DNA of 64,000 nucleotides from Rhizophagus irregularis (Eukaryota). Each line of letters opens with the position of its first letter. The first letter of the stretch is position 1. The translations under genes were made by a program, and so were the position numbers. Positions 38,735 through 49,850 of this stretch are shown one piece after another. The stretch covers positions 4,774,001 to 4,838,000 of the forward strand of contig NC_089431.1 of NCBI RefSeq assembly GCF_026210795.1. Direction: 5' to 3'. The notes below the pieces were generated by a model, which was not told the origin of the DNA, made no database searches, and worked only from the letters and a program-made list of their open reading frames with translations.

Positions 38735-40970
38735 AAACTATATATCTAAAAGAGGAGGAACTCTTCCGGACGATCATTCAGACCAAAATTCACAGGAAGA
38801 AAAAATATAAAAAATACTTCGTTTTCTAATAAAAATACTCTTAAAAAGTCAAGAAAATGGAGTCATACCTACAACAGGACAAGTTCGACACAAAAATACT
38901 AAGGAAAGTCAGCACTTTGGTGAAGAAAAATTTCAAAAACGCAGAAACAAGGTCGTCAGAAAAGTTACAAGACGAGCTTGATAAAATTTTTTTCCGAACG
39001 CTGCGAACACACAACGTAATAGTAGATATAAGGGAATAAAGGGAGAGATAGTGGACCTACTGTTAAGAAGTTGCTTGAGATATGCATATAGAGAATATGA
39101 TAACGACGTTAAACAGATAGGAAAACAAAATACTAGGCTTTGTTCATGGCTGCGCCAGGCGCAGCAAAAAAATCCGCCACATGAAGAAGTACCAAAAAAA
39201 GCAACAGATAGTAAGTTTAAAGAACCTATCAAAAGACAGAACGGACAAAGAAAAAGTGGAAAAAAGAAAGAACGTGGTAAAGAAGTAGTTAAGGAAATTG
39301 CACTACCTGAATCAGTTGATCAACAGCCGATCGTAAAAAATTCAAGGGGTGTATGTGCAACATCACGTGACATAATGTTTTACGATATACCAGCGCGGTA
39401 TAGTGAAAGCGAAGTTGTTTCAGCAATTAAAAATATAGGAAATGTAAATAGGATAAGAATTAAAAAACACTACAAATACCAATCGGTAAGAGCTGAAATT
39501 AATTTATTCGAGGAATACGACAGTAAATTTGTTAGAGATACATGGAAGGTACAACTTTTAATTGGAAATAGTGAAAAAAGACAAACTGCGATACAAGTTC
39601 GTTGGTTTCCAGGACAAAGTACGGTTAAATCTATAAAAGAAAAATGTAAGTGGAAGGCATACAAAATAATTCATTCAAGTTATTATAAAGACATAGCTAG
39701 AAAAAATTACTCTTTTGAGTACGGCAAAATGGCGCGTTTTGGAAAAAATTCAGTATTTCTTGCATACTTTAAAGACAAAGATCAGTTGGACGCAGCTATG
39801 GCATTAGACAAAGGAACAGACAATACTTGGATTATTCATGGTAAGGGTTTGGGCAAACAACCGGCAGAGATCTCAAAAAGGGACTCAGGTATTGATTTGG
39901 TCAGCACAAAGCCAAGAAATAATGGAAAAGCAACGCCTGCAATAAAACAACAAGCTATGGCCATGTCATCAACAAATATAGATAACGTTAGTACAGACGA
40001 GATGGTTGACGTAATAAATAGATATAGGAAAAATTTTTTAGATGAATTTCCACAAAACATTGCGTCAACACCATTAAAAGATTATGCCACGCCAGAAAAA
40101 GTTGTAGACATCGTTTTGGATTTACGAGCTGAAATAAACAAAGAATTGTCACAAGATGAAAAAGATGATGAAAAATGGATTGACCGATGTAGAAATGGAT
40201 ATGCCGTGCTAGTTGCGGATTTAAAAGATAGAAAGAAAAAGCTGGAGGAAGCAAGGGTAAAACGTGATGCGCTACAAAAACAAGTGGGCGAAGCTCAAAA
40301 TAAAGAGCAAGTAACAAAACCCACTGAAAGTGTTAAACAGGTATCACCAATAGAATTACACGAGTATGAATCAATAAATGAAACATGTAGCAAGAGGCTA
40401 GATAAAAAAAAGAAAGAACCAATTTTTACTCCAGAGTATATAGCGCGACTAGATGGGACGTTCGATACTTACAAGAAGGTCTTAAAAGAAGCAAAAGAAG
40501 CTGCAGAACAACGGAAACGTTTACGAAAGAAACAAGGTGACCGTATAATGGAAGAAGAAGGGATAGAAAGTGATAGTGATGAAGATGAAGAAGATCAAGT
40601 GGTGGTAAGTATAGAATCGAACAACAAAAGAGGAGGTAAACCAGGTAGTCGTGGACGAGGCAGAGGAGGTAGACGTAGATTAGTTAAAAAGAAGTAGTAG
40701 TTTCACTTAATATAGACATTGTATAGTGTAGATAGGTATATTTAAGTTACAGACAGATAGTTATCTTCTTTGTAGTTGTGTAGTATTTCAAGGGTGTCGT
40801 GGGTTGACCGAGCGGTAGGCCGAAGCGCCTGGTATGGAGAGGTTGAATCAGTGCTTGCACTGGTTACTTCAATGTGATTCTCTAGGTTGATTTTGTAATT
40901 GGTGCGCTTTTTATAATTTTAATAAAGGAGTTTCGCGTTTACGCGAGTGAAAAAAAAAAAAAAAAAAAAA
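38735..40970 (+). mobile_element. Poly(A)-tailed non-autonomous retroelement or retrocopy encoding only an ORF1-like protein
   Basis: Exact 16-bp TSD ATGTTTAACATATAGC (38719-38734 and 40971-40986); AATAAA at 40921; A21 tail at 40950-40970; no RT or endonuclease motifs seen. Confidence 0.9.
38857..40697 (+). CDS. LINE ORF1-like nucleic-acid-binding protein (RRM-like, coiled coil, acidic patch, RGG tail), split by a -1 frameshift near 38987-38993
   Basis: ORF 38857-39039 overlaps an open -1 frame running 38985-40697; RDIMFYDIPARYSESEVVSAIKNIGNVNRIRI is RRM-like; ends in RGRGRGGRRR; intronless. Confidence 0.7.
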
Positions 40971-41423
40971 ATGTTTAACATATAGCTCATATTTAATATA
41001 TTAAACATGATTAGCATGAATTTTTTTTGTTATAAATATATGTGTTCCAAGTCAATGTAAAAACAGATAATGTGTCTTGAATTTAATAAAGCATTTATTA
41101 AAAAGAATTATCTCATTGTTTTATCTTAGGTTTTGTTCTATTGTGAATCAATATTTGCGTCCGAGTGTATATGCCAGTGTGTGCATTACCGTATTCGCAT
41201 TTGATTGAAATTACAAGTGAATTTACATTTATTTGTTCGTGTCACCTTCGTAAATTGATCGACAGTGATACACTTATTAGTGTTTCTATATAGTTTATTT
41301 CACTACGCGTTTGTTAACACTTATTAATATTTATTTTAATTATTATACCTTCTGCTTACCATATACATACACGCTTATTTTTATAAGCATTTAAGAACTG
41401 GCTTAACACTATCGAGATTAGGT

Positions 41424-42473
41424 CCGGCTTACTTTACTTACAACACGCGGCGTGATGTAGGCCAGAGTTATGTCGTAATGTGGGCCAGGTGATTAATTGT
41501 CACGTACTGTGTTATCGGTGAATTTTGTGAAATGGAGAGCTCAAAATCCCAACGATCAGAATCCCGTTATAATCACAAGCCCGACGCTCACAACCCTTGT
41601 CAAATCATAATTTCGAAAGTTCAAATCCTGACACTCATTATCTTTTTTTTTTTAATTTTTACATTATTTTTTTTTAGACGTAATAATTTTGTAATACTTT
41701 ATAACGATTATTATTTCTATTAAATCAAATATAATAATGATTTTTTAAAATATTTCGCAAAAATTAACGTTTTTATTTTAATAATAATCATACTTCGCAA
41801 ATTTAATTTATTAATGTTAATAGCTTTAATAGCTAAAAAAAAAAAAATTTCTTATATTAAATAAAAATGTAATGTTTTGCATATAAAGATATAATTTTTT
41901 TTGCTGATTAGAATTTAATAATCATTTTTTTATTCACGAGAATATTAAGTGACGGGATAATAATGAGTTTCTGGATTTTGAAATTTCGAGATTATGAATT
42001 TTCATTATCATAATGGGATTCTGATCGTCGAGATTTCCATTTTTCTTTGTTCGAGAAAGGAATAAATTAGATCGTGATTCTATGTCAAATGTAAAAAAAG
42101 GGGCGAAAATAAATTAAGTAAATTAGATAATTTTCACAATTTCGCCAAGACATCTCCGTAGTTGAGATAAAATCCCCCTACCAACATATGTTTATGTATT
42201 TTTTTAAAATTGAAAATTTCGCACGCATTACTGCCATTTTAATTATTTGATTTTAAAAAGCATTCGACTTATTACAAATAATTATGTGGTTTAATATGCT
42301 TTAAAATAAATATTCTATAAAAGACTAGGCTAATTCTTAATATATTTGCCTTAAAAGATTTTGATACGACATTGGCTATACAAAATTATGACATTAGCTC
42401 AAAATTAAATGTATGACTACGTTGATAGAATTCGATACCATAAGTATAGGAACATAATTAGAGTATTAAAAAT
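41424..42473 (+). repeat. Duplicated segment, copy B (main part)
   Basis: Colinear with 25692-26823 with small indels. Confidence 0.92.
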
Positions 42474-43252
42474 TAATTTTGGTATAGATAGTAATTTTAA
42501 TATTGAATTTTGAATTTACAGTGCTAAAATTACACGTGTTGATCTGCGTTGCAAAAAGTAGTCTAAAATTGATCAAATAAAATCTTTTTTTTTCAAAATG
42601 GCGGAAAAACTGGAAATATGATTTTTAATGGAACTCAGGAGGCTAGTTCATAAAAACGAAGTTCTCTGAAACCAAGCTATTGATAATTCACGTTTTAACA
42701 AAACATTAACAATATATAAAAGTAAATTATAAATTAGTTCATTATATTTATTCATGTTTAAATATTTTAATTTATCAATTCCTGAACTACAAAAATATAA
42801 TAAGTTTACAATTTATTTACATTTATTAATACTTAAATAAAAAAAAAATGGTAATAGAAGAGTACCAAAATTTATCAATTTTTTTGCAGTATTGAAAATT
42901 TTTTTGAATTCCGAAAAATTGAATTCTAAAAAGTGCGTTTATTGTCAATAAAAACTATTTGCAGCTTTTCCATGCTTAAGATTTGTTATTAATAATTTGT
43001 TATGAAAATAATTAAAATAATTAAATATAAATATTGTATTAGAAATTAAAAATAAAATAATAAAACTATAACATACAAACAAAGTTAATTAATAAACTAA
43101 ATAGTAATTTTTCATTAGTTGAAATAATCAAAGATAAACGTAAATATTCAATTAATTTTGCTATTTGTTTTGATTAGGATAATAATTTTTATAAAAAAAA
43201 AGGTCTTCTTAAAGAATATAAAGCAAATAAAGCTAACTAAATACAAATAGTT

Positions 43253-43627
43253 TTAAGTAGGGTGCTGGCAAAATGACGAGTCTTGTTGGTCAAAAGACCA
43301 CTTAGCAACAGTTCCAGAAAATTTAAAACAGGTATCTGAGGTAAATGGTCCTCTACTTTTTGTTTTTCTCAGGCTGCCCATAACCTTTGCGTGAAGTCTG
43401 TATGGATTAGCTGTTATATCTCGAGAATGAAATGTAAAATTTGGATCATCTTGTTCGCAATTCAACCATCCGGTATCCATTACGGTATAACCCAAATTAT
43501 CTGTAGCCCAAACTTTACATGAAGCTAAAAACACAAATACACCGAAAGTAGAATTAAATGCTTCAATTTGTTCAAGCGCTATAATGCAAATTATAGTAAC
43601 AATGGTTAAAGGAATGGAAAGTTTCAT
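43253..43627 (-). CDS. Small secreted Cys-containing protein (124 aa), effector candidate
   Basis: Classical signal peptide MKLSIPLTIVTIICIIALEQIEA; 4 Cys in the mature part; intronless; TATA-like sequence about 65 nt upstream. Confidence 0.8.
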   Translation of the reverse strand: MKLSIPLTIVTIICIIALEQIEAFNSTFGVFVFLASCKVWATDNLGYTVMDTGWLNCEQDDPNFTFHSRDITANPYRLHAKVMGSLRKTKSRGPFTSDTCFKFSGTVAKWSFDQQDSSFCQHPT

Positions 43628-45129
43628 GTTGAGAAAAGTGAATAGTTGATTATTTCATGAAATTTGCCTAGGACTTTTTTCAGATTATATATACTTTTTT
43701 TGATATGTAAATATATTATACATTAGATCATCAAAAAAGTCTCCCTTTTCATATGATATTTACCATCAATAATATAGATAGAAGTATCAATCTATAAAAA
43801 TGAAATGTGTAAAATTCATTTTATTTTTGTGTTCATGTGTAAATACGTCTAAAAAAGCACCATTTTGTCTGATTTATGTCTTATTAAAAAAGACCGAAAA
43901 AAGAAAATTTGTAAGAAAAAAAAGAAAAAAAAAATCGGAAAAAAACTGAAAAAAAAAATTAAAAAAGAAAGAATTTGAAAGTGGAAATTCTAAATATCAA
44001 AAGATTTTTTTTAATTACAGTATACAGTATGCTAGATGATCGGTCTAAAAAAAAAAAGACCGAAAAAAGAAATTAATAAAAAAAAGGGGAAAGAAAATTA
44101 AAAAAAAAGTTCGGCCTTAAAGGCAAACCAGGGGAAACAAAAAATTGATTGACAGACCGAAAAAAAAAATCGATTCGCGTTAAGAGTAATCTAAACGTCA
44201 AAGAAATTTTCAATTATATAAATATACATATATTTTTTATTATCATTCATTATTTTTTTTTTTCTTTCTCACACTTTATTTAGATGTTAAAAAGAAAATA
44301 AATGAAATTAATAAAAGCAGTTTTCATAATAATACATTTACTAATATTAGCTAATACGTTTTATTTATTCATTTCTTTTGAGATAATTTGTCTTTTCTTC
44401 GTTACTTTTAATGCTATTAAAATAAATATTCGCCTCTGGGGCCAAATCGTCGTAAATATCTTGTAATTCTTCCGGTAAATTTCGAAGAAATACAGATGAA
44501 CCTTTTATTAAATCTTTTACTACTCCACGATCGTTTTCTTGATCAATTGTTCCTACTCCACCGTTTTCTTGGTCAATTTTTAGATCATCTTCTACTACAG
44601 TGAATGATCATGTTATTAGTAGATTTAAAACGTGTATTATGATACATACGTAATTCAATAGCTTCATCCATGATTAACGTTAAATATTATTAAAAAATAT
44701 TTTATAGACAAAGCCGCCTCTATAAATGTTTGTAAAATCTGAGAAGCAAGAAGCTAGACTTGTTAGCAGCAATTATTTATACTAGTAATGTATTATTTAT
44801 TACGTCATAATAGTTTACATAAACTTTATATTACATAATTTGTATACTCAGTTATGTGCTTTCTGATCTACGTTTTTTTCCACGAGCGACGTTACCTTGA
44901 CCATGTCAAGCCTATCACTTACGAAACAAAACCAGATTCGGTTAATTATCCAATTCATCTTAGAGCATTTCTCATTCTTGTAACTTCGAAATAGTTTTAG
45001 AGGATATGATTATTGCAGTTCTAGAAGGTGCATTATCCTATTTTCATAAACATCAGCCTGGGGCAAATAATGAACTTGAAAGAACAGTCCTGGCACTAAA
45101 TAATGTACTCCTGATTAGAAGATTACCAG

Positions 45130-45343
45130 TAGTGCTTCGATCCGGATTGATCCGTTGATTAGCATCACAACATTTTTCTATTATTTTTGTCAAACTATAA
45201 TTTTTGTCAGATTTATAAAAATTATTCTTCTACAAATTTTATTAATTTTGACCAAACTTATAGCTCCAACTCAAATAAACCGTTGCCAAACCGTAGTAAA
45301 CCGCGGATTGATCCGTTAAAAACCCATCCGGATCGAAGCACTA
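45130..45343. mobile_element. 214-bp MITE
   Basis: Perfect 18-bp TIR TAGTGCTTCGATCCGGAT; flanks GATTACCAG / GATTGCCAG (8/9). Confidence 0.85.
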
Positions 45344-45429
45344 GATTGCCAGTCTGCATGTGATTCATTGCACATGATTTATTACACGTGATTCTGACGA
45401 TATCCATTCGGGATTTTGTATTTTTGTCC

Positions 45430-45486
45430 TGTCGTCGGGAAAAGGTTACGTCGGGAAAATGGATGTTGGGAAATCGTGCTGTAACC
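45430..45486. repeat. Solo TIR tip of the CCGACA foldback family
   Basis: GGGAAATCGTGCTGTAACC matches 22324-22342 GGGAAATCGTGGTGTAACC; preceded by GTCGGGAAAA units. Confidence 0.7.
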
Positions 45487-45881
45487 CCCTATAATAAAAT
45501 ATAGTAAGTGTCAAATTTGACATAAATCAATTTTGACATCGATAAATCGTTAATCATTCACATATTAAAATGAATACTGCACTAATAATATATATAAAAT
45601 AAATAAATTATACTGACACACGATAAAAATAAAATGCACGTAAAATGTGCACGATTTTATCTTCCTCTATCATAAATTTTCAACGGAATCAGGTAACATT
45701 TACTGAAAGAAAATTTTGTAGACAGAAAATGAATAATTGAGATCTTGTCATCTTGATCATGTTCTAACACGTGATACACATAACTATAGTAGCTGGGAAT
45801 TACTCAAAATTCAAAGCTTCACTTTGATCTCATTAAATAATCCAACTTCTGGAAAATTCTTACAAAATAAGCTCTTTTGTA

Positions 45882-46990
45882 CAAGGACCCCGGAAACTAT
45901 ATATATAGGTTGTTTCAAAAATTTAAAAATTTACTATGATCTTTACCCAAGTTAAGCCGAAAATTTACTAATAAAATTACCCAGTTTACTAGTAACCTTA
46001 AATCTTTCCTATAAGTGATACCCAAATAAAAATACCCTGTTTTGGTTTTTATAACCTGATTTTATTATTAATTATTATAGAAATTAACCAAATATTGTTG
46101 AAGACTTTTTAACAATTTCTGGAAATAACTCTTTTGTGGCTATATCAGGTCTGATTGATTCTCCAAATTCGGCTGGACTATTAAGCACATAATATCGATA
46201 TTTATCCTCAAATAAACCCTTACATGCAACATTTTTGATAGGTTTTAAAAAACTTTAATACTTAGCTGTCCTTCGTTACTATACTTACAATTGCTCAATT
46301 CAACATACGTTGTAAGATTTTTAAACGGATTTCTTTACCACATTTCCAACGGACCAATTCTGGAGTTATTTCTTCTATAAAATATTTTTTAGCATATGAC
46401 TGTTTGTAATATGATTTTTTTACTACGTTTTCTCTTTCTTTTCTGTAAATTAATATTTGTATCATCAATTATAATATTATCTTCAACATCTTCAACATCT
46501 TCAACTATAACATCATCTTCAACTATAACATCAACTTTACCTTCAATTATAATATCGTCTTTTTTATCATCAACTATAGCATCATTACCTTTTCACATTT
46601 TTTTATTAATTATCACTTCAATTTTGTTTCGTATTTATTTCATCTAACTTTTTAACTAATCATATCCTAGAAAATTAAAATCATCAGAATCATATTCATT
46701 ATTGGGTAAAATTATTCTAAACTTGGTAAAGTAGAATTATTTTTGGAACTTTTGGCTTGCATTTTTTAAAATAAAATCAAAAAATAAATTTTTTTCAATC
46801 ATTTTTAACGTTTATATAATATATATAAAATACCCCCTTAAAATATAGATATATAATCGTTACCCATTATAGTAATAACCGAAATCTGAATCATAAGATC
46901 ATTGCCCATTTTACCCACAATTTTTGATTTTTATAATAACTTTACTCAGTTCACTGGCAACCTTTATATGAAGTTTCCGGGGTCCTCTTG
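45882..46990. mobile_element. 1.1-kb TIR element flanked by TA, with degenerate coding remnant on the - strand
   Basis: TA|CAAGGACCCCGGAAACT.ATATA.AGGTTG ... CAACCTTTATATGAAGTTTCCGGGGTCCTCTTG|TA; acidic IVEDD repeats and stops inside. Confidence 0.65.
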
Positions 46991-48269
46991 TACACCTATG
47001 AGGTGACGTCAGCGGAAGAAAGGAAGGGCTACCACAAAATCGTCTAATGCAGTACAGTAGAATTAAACTTCTTGTAAGATTATATATGCTTAAACTTATA
47101 TTTATCATCAATTTAAGACTTATCATTCAAATTTCGAAGGTTATTCAGAGGGAATTTTAAAATTATCAAATGACTTGATCATTTCCCATCACTGTAAGTA
47201 TGTAATTATATATATTCATAAAAATTTACCAAGCTGAATATTTTATATATTCTATAAACAAAACAAAACAAAACTGTCTAAATTAAAAGTTAAATTATTA
47301 AATATTGTTTAATCTACTATTTCATAAAATCTATCTCGGTAATAAAAATTGGTTCATATTTAATATGTATGTTAATCTCGATTTATTGATATTTATTTCT
47401 TCATAGTATTTTTTAAAGTATCAATATTTGTAGGCTAAACTTATTATAAATAAGAGTTCAAAAAATAAAGTAAAATAAAATAAATAAAAATAAATAAAAA
47501 TTAGGTTAAATGAAAAATTAATATACACCTCGGTTTGGCACAAAAAACCGTGCAAATATAAATTCATTTATTCTAAACTAACGTTTCCTAACTTTTCAAC
47601 TAAAAGAAAATGATTGCACCTTTGCACATTTAATTTGCTCGCTGAAATTTTTCAATAATAATATAAATGTTATTATCTTTAATTTACATAAATGTTGTTA
47701 TTTCAGATTATATACATGGAGAATTATTTAATAAAACTCAAAATTTCGGACGATGCTAAATAGGCTCAGTTAACAATGACACTTTTTATAAACTTTGCTT
47801 CTCTTTATTTATTGGGTGTTACACTGTTGCAAGTTAAAATTACGGATAGGGTATTAACGTTAATTGGCTAGAAAACAATATATTTCATCATTTACTATTA
47901 TATATTTATTATTTATATTTTGAATATTGATTTCTATATCAATTTCATAACCTGTTATATAATTATAAATGTATTATTAATTAAGGATTTAGGAAGGGAG
48001 TAAAATTTTTTTACGAACAAAAAAATTATAAATCCTTTGCATAAGAAATTTTTTTCCAATAAATTGGAGAGTGGAAAGAAGAAATATTGACGAATTTTTT
48101 TTTTTTTGATTAAAAAAATAAATTTATTTTCGTGATGTGACGTATAGTTTTAGATACACGTGCAGAAAAATAATATATAATTATCAAAATTTAAAGAATT
48201 AACTTCAGTTTATTTATAAAATTTTACAAAATTTTCTAAAAATTTATATTAAATTCTTAAGTCTTGATA

Positions 48270-49850
48270 TTAAAAATCCTCCAATTCTTCTATAAAATTT
48301 AATTTATTATCAATAACCAAATCTTTATATTTTTGAATTTTAATATTATATAACTCAAATTCCTTCACTTCATCTTTAAATGAAAATAAATCATTATTAA
48401 CAGTACTACTAAAGTAATTAACAATAGCCAAATATTTGACTCTTTTTTTTTTCATAATATATTCTTTTGTATAGAATAGAATAGAATCATGAATAACTTG
48501 ACATTTCTCATCATTCATTTTCCTATTTGTGATTAACAATTTTTTAATAAAAGTATTTTGAGAATTTTTTAAGAATATTTCAAAATCATCCATATATTTA
48601 ATAATAAGAGCTAAATTTAAATATTCTAATTTAAAAGGAAGTATTTGACCTAAATTTCGTAATATTGTTGAACTAAATGCAATAACACTTTCAATAAAAC
48701 TTGAAGATAAAGTGTTAATGACATTGATAGAAAGATAATTAAGATTTTGTTTTGCATCTTCAGTTAAATTGAGTAACTGATAAATAATCCAATTATTAAG
48801 TACAATCAAATCAAGAAATTTGATATTTTTACAATATTTTATAATTAATTCAAATAATCGTTTCTCAGAGAACGAATCAGAATCAAATCTATATCCAAAA
48901 TTTTCCAAGTAATCACCATACTTTTGTAATAATAATTGTAATGATTCATTAATTTGTAATTTTCTATCTAAGAATATAGATTTTAACTTAAATGGTTTAG
49001 TTAAATTAACTATTTGTCGAATAAAATAAGTATCTAAAATACAATAAATGATATGAACAGATTCTAAAACATTTAATTGTTCAAATACTTTGTCTAAATT
49101 TGTTATACCTATAAAATTGATTTTAAATAAGATGATTGTATTTAAAGTATTTGAATGATTATGATTACTTGATAACTGATACAAAGGAAAACAAAAATAA
49201 CCTTGCAATGTAATTTTTTTAAGATTTTGATGTAAATTGATCGTTTGTGATATACCGCTATTTTTAGGAGTATGAGCAAGTGAAGGACCAATAAAATGGA
49301 ATTTTAAATTTCTAATATTATGAAAGAAATCAGGGGTTTGTAACATTAATCCAAACACATCATCTATATAATAATGGTTGACGTGAATATTAATAGTATG
49401 TATGTTTACTTCATTTTCAATAAATATTTTAAATAATGATGTATAAATTAATCTCTTAAATTTAATTACTAAATTATATTCAATCTTTAAGATTCTAATA
49501 ATATCTTTAGACCATCCTTCAATAGAAGAAATAATATTTTGTGTATCCAAATATTTTAAAAAAATGGGATAATTAAAAAGTGTATTTGAAGGAAATAAAT
49601 TATCATCAATTTTATATTCATTTAATTTTGCTTTTAATTCATCATTTAAATTACATAAATAAATTCCAATAAAGTTATAATTTTGTTTAGGAATTGAAAA
49701 TGGATTTTCCCATAATAATGGAATTGCTAAACGACACCATAATCTGTTAACTAAAATACATGAATATAAAGTTGAAAGATCATTTCTAAAATATTTTATA
49801 ACATCATATGTTAATTCAGGTAAAACTGAAAATATTTTTGAATATGACAT
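48270..49850 (-). CDS. F-box protein with LRR/RNI-like C-terminus
   Basis: LPELTYDVIKYF...LYSCILVNRLWCRLAIPLLWENPF F-box motif; LxxLxL repeats; single 526-aa ORF. Confidence 0.9.
   Translation of the reverse strand: MSYSKIFSVLPELTYDVIKYFRNDLSTLYSCILVNRLWCRLAIPLLWENPFSIPKQNYNFIGIYLCNLNDELKAKLNEYKIDDNLFPSNTLFNYPIFLKYLDTQNIISSIEGWSKDIIRILKIEYNLVIKFKRLIYTSLFKIFIENEVNIHTINIHVNHYYIDDVFGLMLQTPDFFHNIRNLKFHFIGPSLAHTPKNSGISQTINLHQNLKKITLQGYFCFPLYQLSSNHNHSNTLNTIILFKINFIGITNLDKVFEQLNVLESVHIIYCILDTYFIRQIVNLTKPFKLKSIFLDRKLQINESLQLLLQKYGDYLENFGYRFDSDSFSEKRLFELIIKYCKNIKFLDLIVLNNWIIYQLLNLTEDAKQNLNYLSINVINTLSSSFIESVIAFSSTILRNLGQILPFKLEYLNLALIIKYMDDFEIFLKNSQNTFIKKLLITNRKMNDEKCQVIHDSILFYTKEYIMKKKRVKYLAIVNYFSSTVNNDLFSFKDEVKEFELYNIKIQKYKDLVIDNKLNFIEELEDF

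Noticed and set aside
40792..40895. Bona fide tRNA, hammerhead or HDV-like ribozyme in the retroelement 3' UTR
   Set aside because: No cloverleaf with a TTC loop, no CTGANGA/GAAA core, and I could not build the HDV nested pseudoknot.
44366..44595. About 75-codon open stretch on the - strand (IDQEN repeat)
   Set aside because: No start codon or recognisable domain; may be an exon remnant but unsupported.
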